The notes under the pieces were generated by a model. That model saw only the letters and a program-made list of their open reading frames with translations. It was not told the origin of the DNA and searched no databases. Below, one piece after another: positions 1 to 11,438 of a stretch of 64,000 nucleotides of DNA (within the stretch, counting starts at the first letter, position 1; the number at the start of each line of letters is the position of its first letter). A program made the position numbers and the translations under genes. Source of the stretch: Octopus bimaculoides (Eukaryota); assembly GCF_001194135.2 (NCBI RefSeq), contig NC_068985.1, forward strand, positions 25,721,237 to 25,785,236, given 5' to 3'.

Positions 1-74
1 ATATATATATATATATATATATATCATATATATATATATATCATATATATATATATATCATATATATATATATA

Positions 75-351
75 TCATGACAACTATTTCAGACACCGTT
101 TATCCCAGCAGAAAACAGAATTTCATGGAAGCACACTGTTCCTTCATTTCAGCCATTGCAAAAATCAATGAACAGGAGAGAAGCACTGCAAAACAAAGAT
201 GCACCACAGGACAGTATGACTTCCAATGACAATGCCAGTTGACAGACTGATGCCTGAGGGTCGTATTAAGTGGCTTCTAGTGGTGAAAGCCTGAACCACA
301 ATGGGCTTGTCCCACAGAGAACATTTCCAGTTATTTTGCGGTAACCCTCTA
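75..351 (-). mobile_element. Tc1/mariner transposon 5' remnant (TIR plus transposase N-terminus)
   Basis: The reverse strand begins AGAGGGTTACCGCAAAATAACTGGAAAT (mariner-type TIR) and later reads MAEMKEQCASMKFCFLLG*TVSEIVVM, matching the mariner N-terminal 'EQR..IKFCF.LGKT..ET' pattern with a stop. Confidence 0.6.
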
Positions 352-360
352 ATATATATA

Positions 361-459
361 AGGATGGATGGATGGATGGACGGATGGATGGATGGGCTGG
401 TTAGGAGATAGGTAGGTAAAGAGGGAGTGAGATAGGGAGGGAGGAAGGAAGAGAAGTAA

Positions 460-491
<32 letters not shown>

Positions 492-538
492 GTAAACAGA
501 CAGATAGTCAGGTAGATAGACTGATAGATAGAGAGATG

Positions 539-584
<46 letters not shown>

Positions 585-624
585 CAGACAGATAGATAGA
601 TAGATAGGTAGATAGATAGATAGG

Positions 625-719
<95 letters not shown>

Positions 720-820
720 GCAACATTGTTGTCATTGTCTTCATTGTCGCTATCATTGTTGGCATCACCATCGTCGTCATTGTCATCATCATCATCATCA
801 TCATTGTCATCCTTAAACAT
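361..820. repeat. Compound microsatellite (GATG)n/(GACA)n/(GATA)n/(GT)n/(AT)n/(TCA)n
   Basis: Directly visible. It explains the low-complexity ORFs 401-885. Confidence 0.95.
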
Positions 821-1361
821 CCATCTTCCATGCTGGCATAGTTTGGATAGGTTCTCACAGATCTGAAGACTGTAATATGCACCATTGTCTGCTTTTACAT
901 GATTTCTCTGTATTTCTTGATGCCAACCAGCTTACACATTGTACTGAATGCTTTTTAAAGTAGCATTAGCACTTCACCATGCAGCTTGCAAGACAAAGAT
1001 CCTTTTGACTGAGAGGGTTATTTTTTTTAGAAGGGTGTAGTACATGCAAGGTGATGAGAGGTTAAAATGTGAAAGGAGGAGCCTGGAACATTGAGACACT
1101 TTCTACACTGGATTTCTTCCTGTCACCAAGCATCAGTTGTTTCCAAACCAGAGAATATTCGTCCATGACCAGACATGTTTTTATGGAAGCCTGAAAACCA
1201 GGGACTGTGCTTGTATGACATGGACACTTCTATGATATCAAAACAAGGAAGTAGAACCACACATGCATGCAAACATGTGCGTGCACGCATGCACATGCAT
1301 AAAAAACACATACACACATGTGCACATGTACAAACACACATACACGCACATGTACACATGT

Positions 1362-1447
1362 ACAGGTTTCTTTCTGTTTCTACCTAACGAATTCACTCAC
1401 AAGGCTTTGACAGGCTTGGAGCTGTAGTAGAAGACACTTGCCCAAGA
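1362..1447 (-). mobile_element. SINE family D, partial (head/core segment)
   Basis: Matches the reverse complement of the GGGCAAGTGTCTTCTACTATAGC...GCCTTGTGAGTG segment of the copies at 18103 and 28857. Confidence 0.7.
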
Positions 1448-1469
1448 CACTAATGTCTGTGTGTGCGCA

Positions 1470-1522
<53 letters not shown>

Positions 1523-1722
1523 ATGTCTGTGTAGTTATGTCTATATCAGTACTTAGTTTATAAACTCATCAAAGATGAAAGATATAATCTCAGCAAGATA
1601 TTGACTTGTGACTGAAATGAACTAAATACTATAATACTTTCAATTTGGTGTTCTAGCCTTTAAGATATTGCTTGGTAGATAGGACATAATTTTTTTAAAA
1701 AAGGCATGAGCTATATACTTAC

Positions 1723-1788
1723 ATTTGTTGTACACTTCACTTTAAACTGAAATCGGGGTTGATCATCATCTGTTTTTGGGGTGTCACC
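1723..1788 (-). CDS. Cadherin-family gene, internal exon (EC1 C-terminal part), phase 0-0
   Basis: Acceptor TTTTTTTTCTAATGCTAG| and donor AAT|GTAAGT. The 66 nt encode GDTPKTDDDQPRFQFKVKCTTN, in frame after ...LDRD of exon 4025-4194. LDRD followed by an acidic loop and a strand ending in Cys resembles EC1 of PCDH15/Cad99C-type cadherins. Confidence 0.8.
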
Positions 1789-2560
1789 CTAGCATTAGAA
1801 AAAAAAAGACAGATGTATGTAAATAAGTACATGAGTGCAACAGGAAGTTTTTCCAAGACCTTTTCAGAAAGCATGTTGATATACCTTTCAACTATCAAGA
1901 AATTGTTTTCAAAAACCTTGTGACAGGTGTTGGCAGAAGAACCTCAAACCTATCTTCCATGTATTATACATAACAAAGCCCTGACTGCTAGCAGTTTCAA
2001 AGATAGCATTAGTTATATGCCTTACTCTAGCCCACAATGAGTAAGTTGTATCGTAAGGTTATATGGTTTGCATTCATACTTTCTCTTGAAGTTAAGGCTT
2101 GTGCAGATAGCTGAGTAAATAGCTTAGTACATAAGCATTTTCCACAGACCCATAAGTACAGGAAATTTTTCTATAGGCACACCACAAAGATCTCTTTTGG
2201 ATTGTACACCTGGCTTCTTGGTTTTATGTTCTTGGTTGATGGTGCTCAGGTCATTCTAGCTTAGTGGTTCCAGAAGCATCATCATTTGTAGAGCTGGCCA
2301 GGTTCATTAGTGCTCTCTATCACAGGTGATTTTGTGCCAGCTTCTTTGCATCCTCCAAGATGACATACACCTAATTTAAAGCAAATTTTAGTAAATATGT
2401 CTAAATCAAACACAGAAGCAAGAAACTAATGCAGAGGTAACACCACTTGCTATGTAAATGATCAATGTAATACAAAAGGCAGAGATAGAACTAAAGGACT
2501 CCAGTTTGTTGATATGAGTTCAGGATTTCATGCATTATCAATAAAATAAGTAACCTAAAT

Positions 2561-3195
2561 ATTCTTTTCTACTCTAGGCACAAGGCCCGAAATTTTGGGG
2601 GAGGGGACCAGTCAATTAGATCAACCCCAGTACGCAAGTGATACTTAATTTCTCGACCCTGAAAGTATGAAAGACAAAGTCAATCTCGGTAGAATCTGAA
2701 CTCAGAATGTAAAGGCAGATGAAATACCACTAAGCATTTTGCCCAGCGTGCTAACGTTTCTGCCAGCTCGCTACCTTAAATAACCTAAATATTCTTTTCT
2801 ACTCTAGGCACAAGACCTAAAATTTGGGGGGAGGGGGTCAGTACTTACTTTATCGACCCTGAAAGGATGAAAGGCAAAGTCAACCTCAGTGAAATTTGAA
2901 CTCAAAACATAAAAACAGACGAAATACTGCTAAGAATTTTGCCTGGCATGCTAACGTTTCTTATTTCTTTATTGCCCACAAGGGGCTAAACATAGAGGAG
3001 ACAAATAAGGACAGACAAAGGGATTAAGTCGATTACATCGACCCCAGTGAGTAACTGGTACTTAATTTTTCGACCCTGAAAGGATGAAAGGCAAAGTTGA
3101 CCTCGGTGGAATTTGAACTCAGAACGTAACGGCAGACAAAATACCACTAAGCATTTCGCCCAGCGGGCTAACGTTTCTGCCAGCTAGCCACCTTA
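2561..3195 (-). mobile_element. SINE family A: tandem and nested copies (2561-2778; 2792-3195)
   Basis: tRNA-like head (GGCGAGCTGGCAGAAACGTTAGC A-box region, GAGTTCAAATTCC B-box), central GCCTTTCATCCTTTCGGGGTCGAT domain, and two alternative tails. Confidence 0.9.
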
Positions 3196-3444
3196 AATTA
3201 CCTAAATATTAGTTGTATTATTACTTCAGTTGTTACAGTATTTAAACGAAATGTGACCAATTTTCTAATGATATTTCCCTTATCAAAATTGTGGATGTTT
3301 TTCCTTATGTCTTTATATCTATCAACATTTGTTTAGAGACTTGATTTCCTATTTAGTTATTGATGAGATGCCTAACTAAAGTTGCCTAATGCATCAAGCT
3401 GTAAATACATACTATGAGTTACACAAATGCACATTTTTAATTAC

Positions 3445-3660
3445 CGGTTTCAAAATTTGGCACAAGGCCTGAAATTTGATGGGAGGGGACTAGTCGATTA
3501 CATCAACCCCAGTACACAACTGGGACTTAATTTATCGATCCTGAAAGGATGAAAGGCAAAGTCAACCCTTGTGGTATTTGAACGAGAATGTAAAGACAGA
3601 CGAACATCACTAAACATTTTGCCTGGTGTGCTAACAATTCTGTCAGCTTGCTGCCTTCAC
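3445..3660 (-). mobile_element. SINE family A
   Basis: Same head, central domain and tail-2 as the other copies. Confidence 0.85.
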
Positions 3661-4024
3661 CACTCTAAATATTAGTAGCAGTAAGTCATGAACCTATAAT
3701 TAACATTCATTGCCAAACTTAAATCTTCTGGCAACTGTCACTTAGAGAGGGATGTATGATTAGGTAGACTGACTTACACAAAAAAGATATTTTCAGATGA
3801 TGTCCACACATATATATATATATATGCATCAATAAAAACTAAAATAAATCCTAAAGAAAAATACATGTATATCAAGAGACTGTAGGATTCAAAAATCAGA
3901 TGTTTGAATTTAACATAGAATTATTTAAATCTTTCAGCAAAATATTTCAAATAGAAATGATATAATTCATATAGAGGAGACCCAGAATGATATATTTTCA
4001 AAATAGAAATAAAAAAATACTTAC

Positions 4025-4194
4025 ATCTCGATCAAGAGCAACTTTTAAGACAAGATTTACTATATCATTTGTCTTTACAATTTTCAGATAAGCGTTTGGA
4101 TCAAAATCGCCATCATTGACCAATGTTATTTCATAGTGTTCATTTACTAGAGCTAAAGTCAATTCTGCTCGATATTTAGGGTTGGAGTCCAACT
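4025..4194 (-). CDS. Cadherin-family gene, internal exon (EC1), phase 1-0
   Basis: Acceptor TATTTTGCAG| and donor GAT|GTAAGT. The 170 nt encode (E)LDSNPKYRAELTLALVNEHYEITLVNDGDFDPNAYLKIVKTNDIVNLVLKVALDRD, ending in the cadherin LDRE/LDRD motif. Confidence 0.85.
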
Positions 4195-4489
4195 CTGCAA
4201 AATACAAGATATTTATGAAATACATGACAATTCATTCTTTCTTTGATTTCCATTTTTGAATGTCATTAATTCATTTCCATAATATTTTATAAGATATACT
4301 TCTTGAAAAAATGGAAGACCCAAAACTTTCCTGATTTAAAAAGAATACAAAACATGACTTTGCAAATTAACCTTTATTTTCTCTTTTGTTACACTTTAAC
4401 TACTATGGACATGCAATAATTTTATTTTTTCAATTTGATAAATTATGGGTTTATGGATTTATTCCTTTATTTTCTTCACCCTATTTTTA

Positions 4490-5335
4490 TTCTAGAAACA
4501 ATTCTTTCAGAGCATCCTCCACCATTGCTAATTTGATCACCTAGGTAACAGGAAATATCTACAACCTCAAGAGAACCTCCTGGACATTTGAGAGAATCTA
4601 AGTTCCGTGTGCTCTTAGTGCTTTTTGTTTCTGCTAAAGATTCTGTGATACGAGCAAGGTCATCAGCATATAGCAGTTCCCATGAGCACCCCGTCTTGAA
4701 TTTCTCTGTTATGGTCTGGAGACTATAGTGAATAAGTGCAGGCTAAGAACTGAACCCTGGTGAACCCCTACCTGAACACTGAATTCATCACTGCATTCAT
4801 GGCCGACTCTAACCTTATTGACTGCACCATTGTACATGGCTTGGACAACACTAACAAGCCACTCCTCTACTCCTAACTTCCTTAGAGACCACCATATAAC
4901 AGAGTGGGGAACTCCGTCGAAAGCTTTCTCCAGGTTGACGAAGGCTAAGTACAATGTCTTCCTTTTGGCCAAGTGCTTTTCCTGCAACTGTTTCAGTAAG
5001 GAGAGGGCATCTGTAGTACTCTTCCCAGGTACAAAACCAAACTGCATTTCATCTAATTTAATTCTATTTCTAACCAATTGAGCTATAACACTCAGTAATT
5101 TTCATGACTTGGTCTAGCAGTTAAATAACTCTGTAGTCGTTTCTATCTAAGGCATCACCTTTACCCTTGTATCAACTAAATACAATGCTATTACACCAGT
5201 CGTTGGGGATGGTACCTTCCTGAATAACCTGATTAACTGTATGGGTGACTAAGCTGTATCCTATGCCACCGGAAATTTTAATAATCTCGGAAGTGATTCC
5301 TGATGATATAGGCGCTTTCCCTGCCTTGCCTTATT
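4490..5335 (-). mobile_element. RTE-clade LINE reverse transcriptase fragment (degenerate, intronic)
   Basis: QFGFVPGKST, YLAFVNLEKAFD, GVHQGSVLS, LLYADDL and CYLGDQIS motifs, with stops and frameshifts. Confidence 0.9.
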
Positions 5336-5479
5336 ATTATGTTGCTACCAACTCTGATGGCTAATATATATATATATATATATAAAATCTTAGGGAATAA
5401 TAAGCATTCCAGGTTATCAGGACATTTACTATTTTACACTTTACTAATGCAATGTAAACAGTATCATTTATATAATATT

Positions 5480-5971
5480 ATTACAAATTTGGGATTTTAC
5501 CAATAGAACTGCAACTCCTATTTCAGGATAACCTTATTGTATGGAATACTCATAGAAAGTTATTTTCAATATAATTAAAATATAATAAAATAATATAAGC
5601 ATTTGAAAAACCTACTATAAAATACAATAAAATTATTTGAAAAAATATATAACTTACCTGTTATTAGTCTGTTGGGAAAGAAGGCCTACTTCCATGATAA
5701 CAATAATTATAATACCAGGAATTTAGAAGATAAAGATTTCTTTAAAAACAACTTTAAATCTGCGTTGATTAAAAATATTTTCTTTCCCCACAGACTAATA
5801 ACAGATAAGTTATATACATTTTTTTTCATATATTTTTCAAATAATTTTATTGTATTTTATAGTGGGTTTTTTAAATGCTTATATTATTTTATTATTATTG
5901 TGTATTCCATACAATAAGGTTATCCTGAAATAGGAGTTGCTGTTCTATTGGTAAAATCCCAAATTTGTAAT
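5480..5971. repeat. Long inverted repeat / local inverted duplication (arms ~5480-5682 and ~5780-5971, ~97-nt spacer)
   Basis: TTACAAATTTGGGATTTTACCAATAGAAC...TTATTAGTCTGTTGGGAAAGAA is mirrored by TTCTTTCCCCACAGACTAATAAC...GTAAAATCCCAAATTTGTAA. Confidence 0.9.
5658..5668 (-). CDS. Candidate 11-nt microexon of the cadherin gene (phase 2-1)
   Basis: CTTCTTTCCCAACAG|ACTAATAACAG|GTAAGT. Read as xxA CTA ATA ACA G, it joins exon 4194 to give L-I-T-E-LDSNPK, supplying the G of the required GAG codon. Confidence 0.4.
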
Positions 5972-6433
5972 TATACATACATATATATATATATATANNN
6001 NNNNNNNNNNNNNNNNNNNNNNNNNNNNNNNNNNNNNNNNNNNNNNNNNNNNNNNNNNNNNNNNNNNNNNNNNNNNNNNNNNNNNNNNNNNNNNNNNNNN
6101 NNNNNNNNNNNNNNNNNNNNNNNNNNNNNNNNNNNNNNNNNNNNNNNNNNNNNNNNNNNNNNNNNNNNNNNNNNNNNNNNNNNNNNNNNNNNNNNNNNNN
6201 NNNNNNNNNNNNNNNNNNNNNNNNNNNNNNNNNNNNNNNNNNNNNNNNNNNNNNNNNNNNNNNNNNNNNNNNNNNNNNNNNNNNNNNNNNNNNNNNNNNN
6301 NNNNNNNNNNNNNNNNNNNNNNNNNNNNNNNNNNNNNNNNNNNNNNNNNNNNNNNNNNNNNNNNNNNNNNNNNNNNNNNNNNNNNNNNNNNNNNNNNNNN
6401 NNNNNNNNNNNNNNNNNNNNNNNNNNNNNNNNN

Positions 6434-6500
<67 letters not shown>

Positions 6501-6600
6501 TTTATCTTTATCTTGCTCTCTATACAAGTATATTCAGTAAATATTAACAGAAATTTTTTTTTTTATATAAGGTTTGTCAGTAAAAGTAAAGAATACTTAC

Positions 6601-6682
6601 AAAGATCCGCATTACTGCCTTTGGTAAATAACAAGAGAAGGAAGATCCAAACAAGAGACCAAGGCACTAAATTGCCTACCAT
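6601..6682 (-). CDS. Cadherin-family gene, first coding exon with signal peptide (exon 6601-6716, ATG at 6682)
   Basis: Acceptor TTTTTTTATATTTGTAG|, Kozak-like CATAATGG, donor T|GTAAGT. Encodes MVGNLVPWSLVWIFLLLLFTKGSNADL, a typical signal peptide with an S-N-A cleavage site. Confidence 0.75.
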
Positions 6683-6789
6683 TATGATGCCACTGAAGGG
6701 CTGAATGGTTCCAAAGCTACAAATATAAAAAAAAAAACGTTAGAATACAGTAAATTGAAGCATTGATATTATTATTGTTGTATTTACTT

Positions 6790-7205
6790 TTTATCTGCAT
6801 GTTTGTTGAAATCACTTACTGAGACATATTCAGTGCGTTAAGGCAAGTGAAGGTTAAGAGATATTGAAATATAACTGAAAGCTTCGGGAGGGAACTGGCT
6901 AGGGCAGTAATGAAATACTTATATATAATACAACACAAGCATTTAAATTGATAGGGTTTTTCCATGGATGTTGGCAGTACTTGTTAACACAATCTCTTAG
7001 ATTTCTCTGAGACATGGTTCTCCTGGGATGTTGTCTAGATGTTTCTGACATCCCTTTTCATCACACCTAGCGCACCAACAATAACAGGAACAGTTTTTGC
7101 TTTAAGATACCACATTTTTTGTATTTCAATTTCCAGGTCCTTATATCTACTAAGTTTGCCAAATCCCCTTGAACACTCACATCTATTCGTCTACAAGTAT
7201 TTTCT
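6790..7205 (-). mobile_element. RLE-type non-LTR retrotransposon (HERO/R4-like) 3' end, degenerate
   Basis: DLEIEIQKMWYLKAKTVPVIVGALG motif, and a 3' UTR homologous to 8935-9415. Confidence 0.85.
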
Positions 7206-7224
7206 TTTTCTTCTTCTTTTTCTC

Positions 7225-7240
7225 ATTATTATTATCATCA

Positions 7241-7296
<56 letters not shown>

Positions 7297-7300
7297 TTAA

Positions 7301-7353
<53 letters not shown>

Positions 7354-7378
7354 GTTGTTGTTGTTGTTGTTGTTGTTA
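7225..7378. repeat. (TTA)n/(TTG)n microsatellite
   Basis: Directly visible. Confidence 0.95.
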
Positions 7379-7526
7379 TTTCTTTTTATTACAGGTATTG
7401 TTGGAAACCATGGAGTCTTGCATGCATAATGGGTTTGCTACCTGCAACCTATGGTACCATGCTATCCTTTCTTTTCAGCTATCTAATACTTTGCTGACTA
7501 TTATTATTATTATTATTATTATTATT

Positions 7527-7765
7527 AAGGTGGTGAGCTGGCAGAATCATTAGCACACTGGGAAAAATGCTAAGCAATATTTTGCCCATCTTTACATTCT
7601 GAGTTAAAAGTCTGTCAAGGTTGACTTTGCCTTTCATCCTTTTGGGCTTGATAAATTAAGTACCAGTGAAACACTGGGATCAACATGATTGACTAGTCCC
7701 CTCCCCCAAAATTTCAGGCTTTGTGTCTATAGCAGAAAGGATTATTATTATTATTATTATTATTA
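7527..7765 (+). mobile_element. SINE family A with (ATT)n tail; a further degenerate copy follows at ~7785-7990
   Basis: AAGGTGGTGAGCTGGCAGAATCATTAGC head through AGAAAGGATTATTATT tail. Confidence 0.85.
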
Positions 7766-7987
7766 TTGTTGTTGTTGTTGTTGTTCTCACAGAATCATTA
7801 GCATGCCAGGCAAAATGTTTAGCAGGTTTTCATTCGTTTTTATATTCTAAATTGAAATTCCAACAATGTCAACTTTGCATTTCTTCTTTTGGGTACAATA
7901 AAATAGGTACCAGTCAAGCACTGCAATCAATGTAATTGACTTCTACCCTTCACTCAAACTTATTGGCCTTGTACCAAAATTTAAAAT

Positions 7988-8920
7988 CATTATTATTGAG
8001 TGAGAGAGCAGTGCATGCCATCACAGTGACATTGGGGTAAAATATATGAAGCCCAATATACCCATCATGAATACCTGTCTGATAAGAGTACACCAGGCAC
8101 ATGCATCACAACCATATGTGCATGACATGGTGACCTCATCAAGATAAACAGCGCATGACCTTACAGGTGGGGGTTCAATTAGAATTTTCTTCAGGTTGAG
8201 TAACCCATCCCACTCAAAAGTTCCCTGAATAAAGTTTGTTTAAGGATGATAAACAAAACACCTGTGTTTCTAGAGCTGAATTATTCAAACTCCAAAGAAT
8301 TCCTTTCAACACATGGCTATGATGCTCCCTCAGTACTTCTGCTCATGATCAGAGATGTACATATCATCAGCCACTAAGGGACATGCTCAACTGGTTAAGG
8401 TCAAACAACTGACAAGTAAATTTGTGGTACTGAGCAGAATATTTGCTGTAGCCCATCTTTTATGTCAAGACAAGACAACATACATGATAACACTCCCAAT
8501 CAGTTAAGATAAGAAGCCATGAGAGCCACTGCCTGGTACTGCATCATCCTCATCATTATTATTATTGAGTGAGAGAGCAGTGCATGCCATCAAAGTGACA
8601 TTGGGGTACAAATGTACGAAACCCAATATACCTATCATGAATACCAGTCTGATTAGGGCACACCAGGCACATGCATCACAACCATATGTGCACGACATGG
8701 TGATTTTATATCAAGATAAACAGCACATGACCTTGAAGGTAGGGTCCAGTTAGAATTTTCTTCAGGTCGAGTGGCCCATCCTGCTCAAAAGATCCCTGAA
8801 TAAGGTTTGTTTAAGGATGATGAACAAAACACCTGTGTTTCCAGAGGTGAATTATTCAAACTCCAAAGAATTCCTTTTAGCACATGGCTATGATGTTACC
8901 CCAGGCTATTATGCTCCCCC
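7988..8920 (-). mobile_element. Unclassified (TAA)n-tailed interspersed repeat 'family E', tandem copies (7988-8546 near full length; 8553-~8920 truncated)
   Basis: Two highly similar copies beginning TTATTGAGTGAGAGAGCAGTGCATGCCATC; further copies at 11203-11378 and 41768-42068. Confidence 0.85.
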
Positions 8921-8933
8921 ATTATTGTTATTA

Positions 8934-8934
<1 letters not shown>

Positions 8935-8983
<49 letters not shown>

Positions 8984-9415
8984 TACTTTTAATCTGCATG
9001 CTTGTCACAATCACTCACTGAGACACACCTAGTGTCCTAGGGCGAGTGAAGGATAAGAGATGTTACAGTATGACTGAAATCTTGGGCAGGAGAAGTGACT
9101 AGGGCAGTAGTGAAATATCTTCATGTAATACAGCACAAACATTTAAATTGATGGAGTTTTTCTAAGGATGTGGGCAGTACTTTTCAGCACAATCATTTGG
9201 ATTTCTCTGAGACATGGTTCTCCTGGGATATTATCTATATGTTTCTGACATCCCTTTCTTATAATACCAAGGGCACCCACAATAATAGGAACAGTTCTCG
9301 CTTTAAGATGCCTCATCTTTTGTATTTCTATTTCCAGGTCCTTGTATTTACTTAATTTGTCAAATTCCATTATAGGTATATTCAGGACCACCAAATGGGT
9401 AACCTGTCTCCTTTT
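8935..9415 (-). mobile_element. RLE-type non-LTR retrotransposon 3' end with (TAA)n tail
   Basis: KLSKYKDLEIEIQKMRHLKARTVPIIVGALG...STAHILRK (restriction-like endonuclease C-terminus), followed by a 3' UTR and (TAA)n. Confidence 0.9.
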
Positions 9416-9464
9416 CGCTTCATTCTATTTCTACCAACACACTGCTCTGAGAGTGAGTTTTATA

Positions 9465-9640
9465 AATGTAAGTAATCTCGGCTTACCTAGGAAGCAAGAT
9501 CGATAATTCAATGACCTTAGATCGCTAGGTGTGGATACCACAACCATCAACGAGACCAAGATTTCCGACACACGTCTTACCACCCAAATTTTGGTGAGTT
9601 TGAGATCTTCGCATCTTTTATTCGATCCGGAATGGGAGAT
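9465..9640 (+). mobile_element. L1/Tx1-like APE endonuclease N-terminal remnant
   Basis: NVSNLGLPRKQDR*FNDLRSLGVDTTTINETK resembles the APE 'NVRGL...D...QET' motifs. Confidence 0.5.
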
Positions 9641-10929
9641 GAAAGCCAATTTGACTTTCATCTCTCTGAGATCGACAAAATAAAGAACCAGTGAAGTACT
9701 GATCGAAATTATAAAATATGAGTCAAATAATATTGAGTCTAAAATGAATAGTACAATGTTGTGTGATATAATAAGCAAAATAAATTAGCAAGAAGAGACG
9801 ATAGAGAGTTAATCTATCGAGTATGGTTAGGATACCATAGAGTCATCGAAGTGTTAATTGTGGTGCTATTTCTAGCAGATCAAGCAATCCTCTCATTGGA
9901 TTGTTGCGATAATGATCGACCCCGATCGAGTAGACTTACAAGCGAAAGCTTTTCAGCTAACCTATCGTTTTACAGGTATGCCGGGTTACGCTATCCAATA
10001 TTTCTGTTTCTTTGCCAGGACGGCAAATTGATTTGAGGGAGATTTAGCTGCTATCTATAACATATCGAACGCCCATATAGAAGTTTCTCTGTTAGCTTGA
10101 TAGTAGTTGGTGTCGTTGTTTAGGCCCAATCAGCTTTGATCCATCAGATCTTTGATCAAAGATGTTTTGGCTGCGACCATCACAATGATCTAATACCAGT
10201 AGAAATGCCCTGTGAAATGCAGATGGGAAAGGGATAATATCTCTCTGAAATAAAAAAATGAGTTTGCCAATGCTAAAATAAAGCATTTTTTTTTTTAACC
10301 CGCTAACTGAATTTTAAGCAACAACTCACTAACATTTTTCACCAAATACTAACATTCCTTTCCGGCTTTCGCTTCGTAATTACTATTACCTTTAAAAATC
10401 TAATTATTTATTTTCTTCTTTTAGGTTCATAACTCCTGAAAGTATGTATAGTGTATGTTACTATTATAAGTGTAAATTTAATTGTCAATGAGTGACATTT
10501 GAATAGTAAAGTATTAATATTGGTTCTATATTTTGGCACAAAAATATTAACATTTCCATGTCGTTCCTATCACTTTACTGTTAATAACACAGACATTATC
10601 CTTTAGAAATTGTGAGTACTTTACACTCACCTGAATGCATTGTGCCTCCTTTTAATCCAATTACATTTTTTGGCCGAACAGAACTACGCACAGAAGCTCA
10701 AAAAAGCATTTATTTTCAGAGCTAATATTTGTTTCGTGAAAAGAAAGCATTAACTCGTTGCTATTTTACTTTGATAAATATGCAGATCAAAAGTTTAAAA
10801 TTAACATTGAAGGGCGATTGTCACAAATTGAAAGGCAACGTCAAAAATATAACTCTTTTCCTAAGAAACACAAATTTTACTTCATTATCGTCTCACATAT
10901 AAATAACATTTAGGGATGGTTCATGTAAT

Positions 10930-11208
10930 AAGCACTGTAGCGCAAGCCGTAAACTTTATCCGAGCCAAAGGGTTAAATCACCGCCAATTTCAGCCTTTGC
11001 TGCAGGAAATGCATTCAGGAGGTGCGGTGGCTCAGTCGGAGAAAGGTCCTCAACATAGTTTTTGAGCTGGCTGAGGAGATATGTCAGTTCATGGACAGTA
11101 AAGGAAAAGAATCCAAAGTTCTACGGGATGAAAAGTGGAAATTCGAGTTGGCGTTACTGGCTGACATAACTGCGCATCTCGGTGTTTTAAACGTCCAGCT
11201 CCAGGGAC
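10930..11208 (+). mobile_element. hAT transposase fragment (SPIN/Buster/GTF2IRD2-like)
   Basis: AVNFIRAKGLNHRQFQPLLQEMHS / EVRWLSRRKVL...WKFELALLADIT..LNVQLQG, with a frameshifting deletion between the two pieces. Confidence 0.85.
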
Positions 11209-11374
11209 ATGCTTAACTGATTAAGGTCAAGCAACTGACAAGTAAATCTGTGGTATTAAGCAGAATGTTTGCTGTAGCCCATCTTTTATACCAAGACAAG
11301 ACAATGTACAGGATAACACTTCCAATCAGTTAAGATCAAAACCACGAGAGTTACTGTCTGGTACTGCATCAGGG

Positions 11375-11378
<4 letters not shown>
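11203..11378 (-). mobile_element. Family E repeat, 5' portion, abutting (TTA)n
   Basis: Homologous to 8375-8546; ends GTACTGCATCAGGGCATTATTATT. Confidence 0.8.

Positions 11379-11438
<60 letters not shown>

Noticed and set aside
401-885. ORFs of 125-139 aa (also 33677-33972, 35274-35675 and all X-filled ORFs spanning gaps)
   Set aside because: They are translations of microsatellites or N runs, not genes.
8492-8518. Resemblance of family E (TTCCAATCAGTTAAGATCAGA) to U2 snRNA
   Set aside because: It is only a short, gapped, AT-rich match with no Sm site or other U2 stems.
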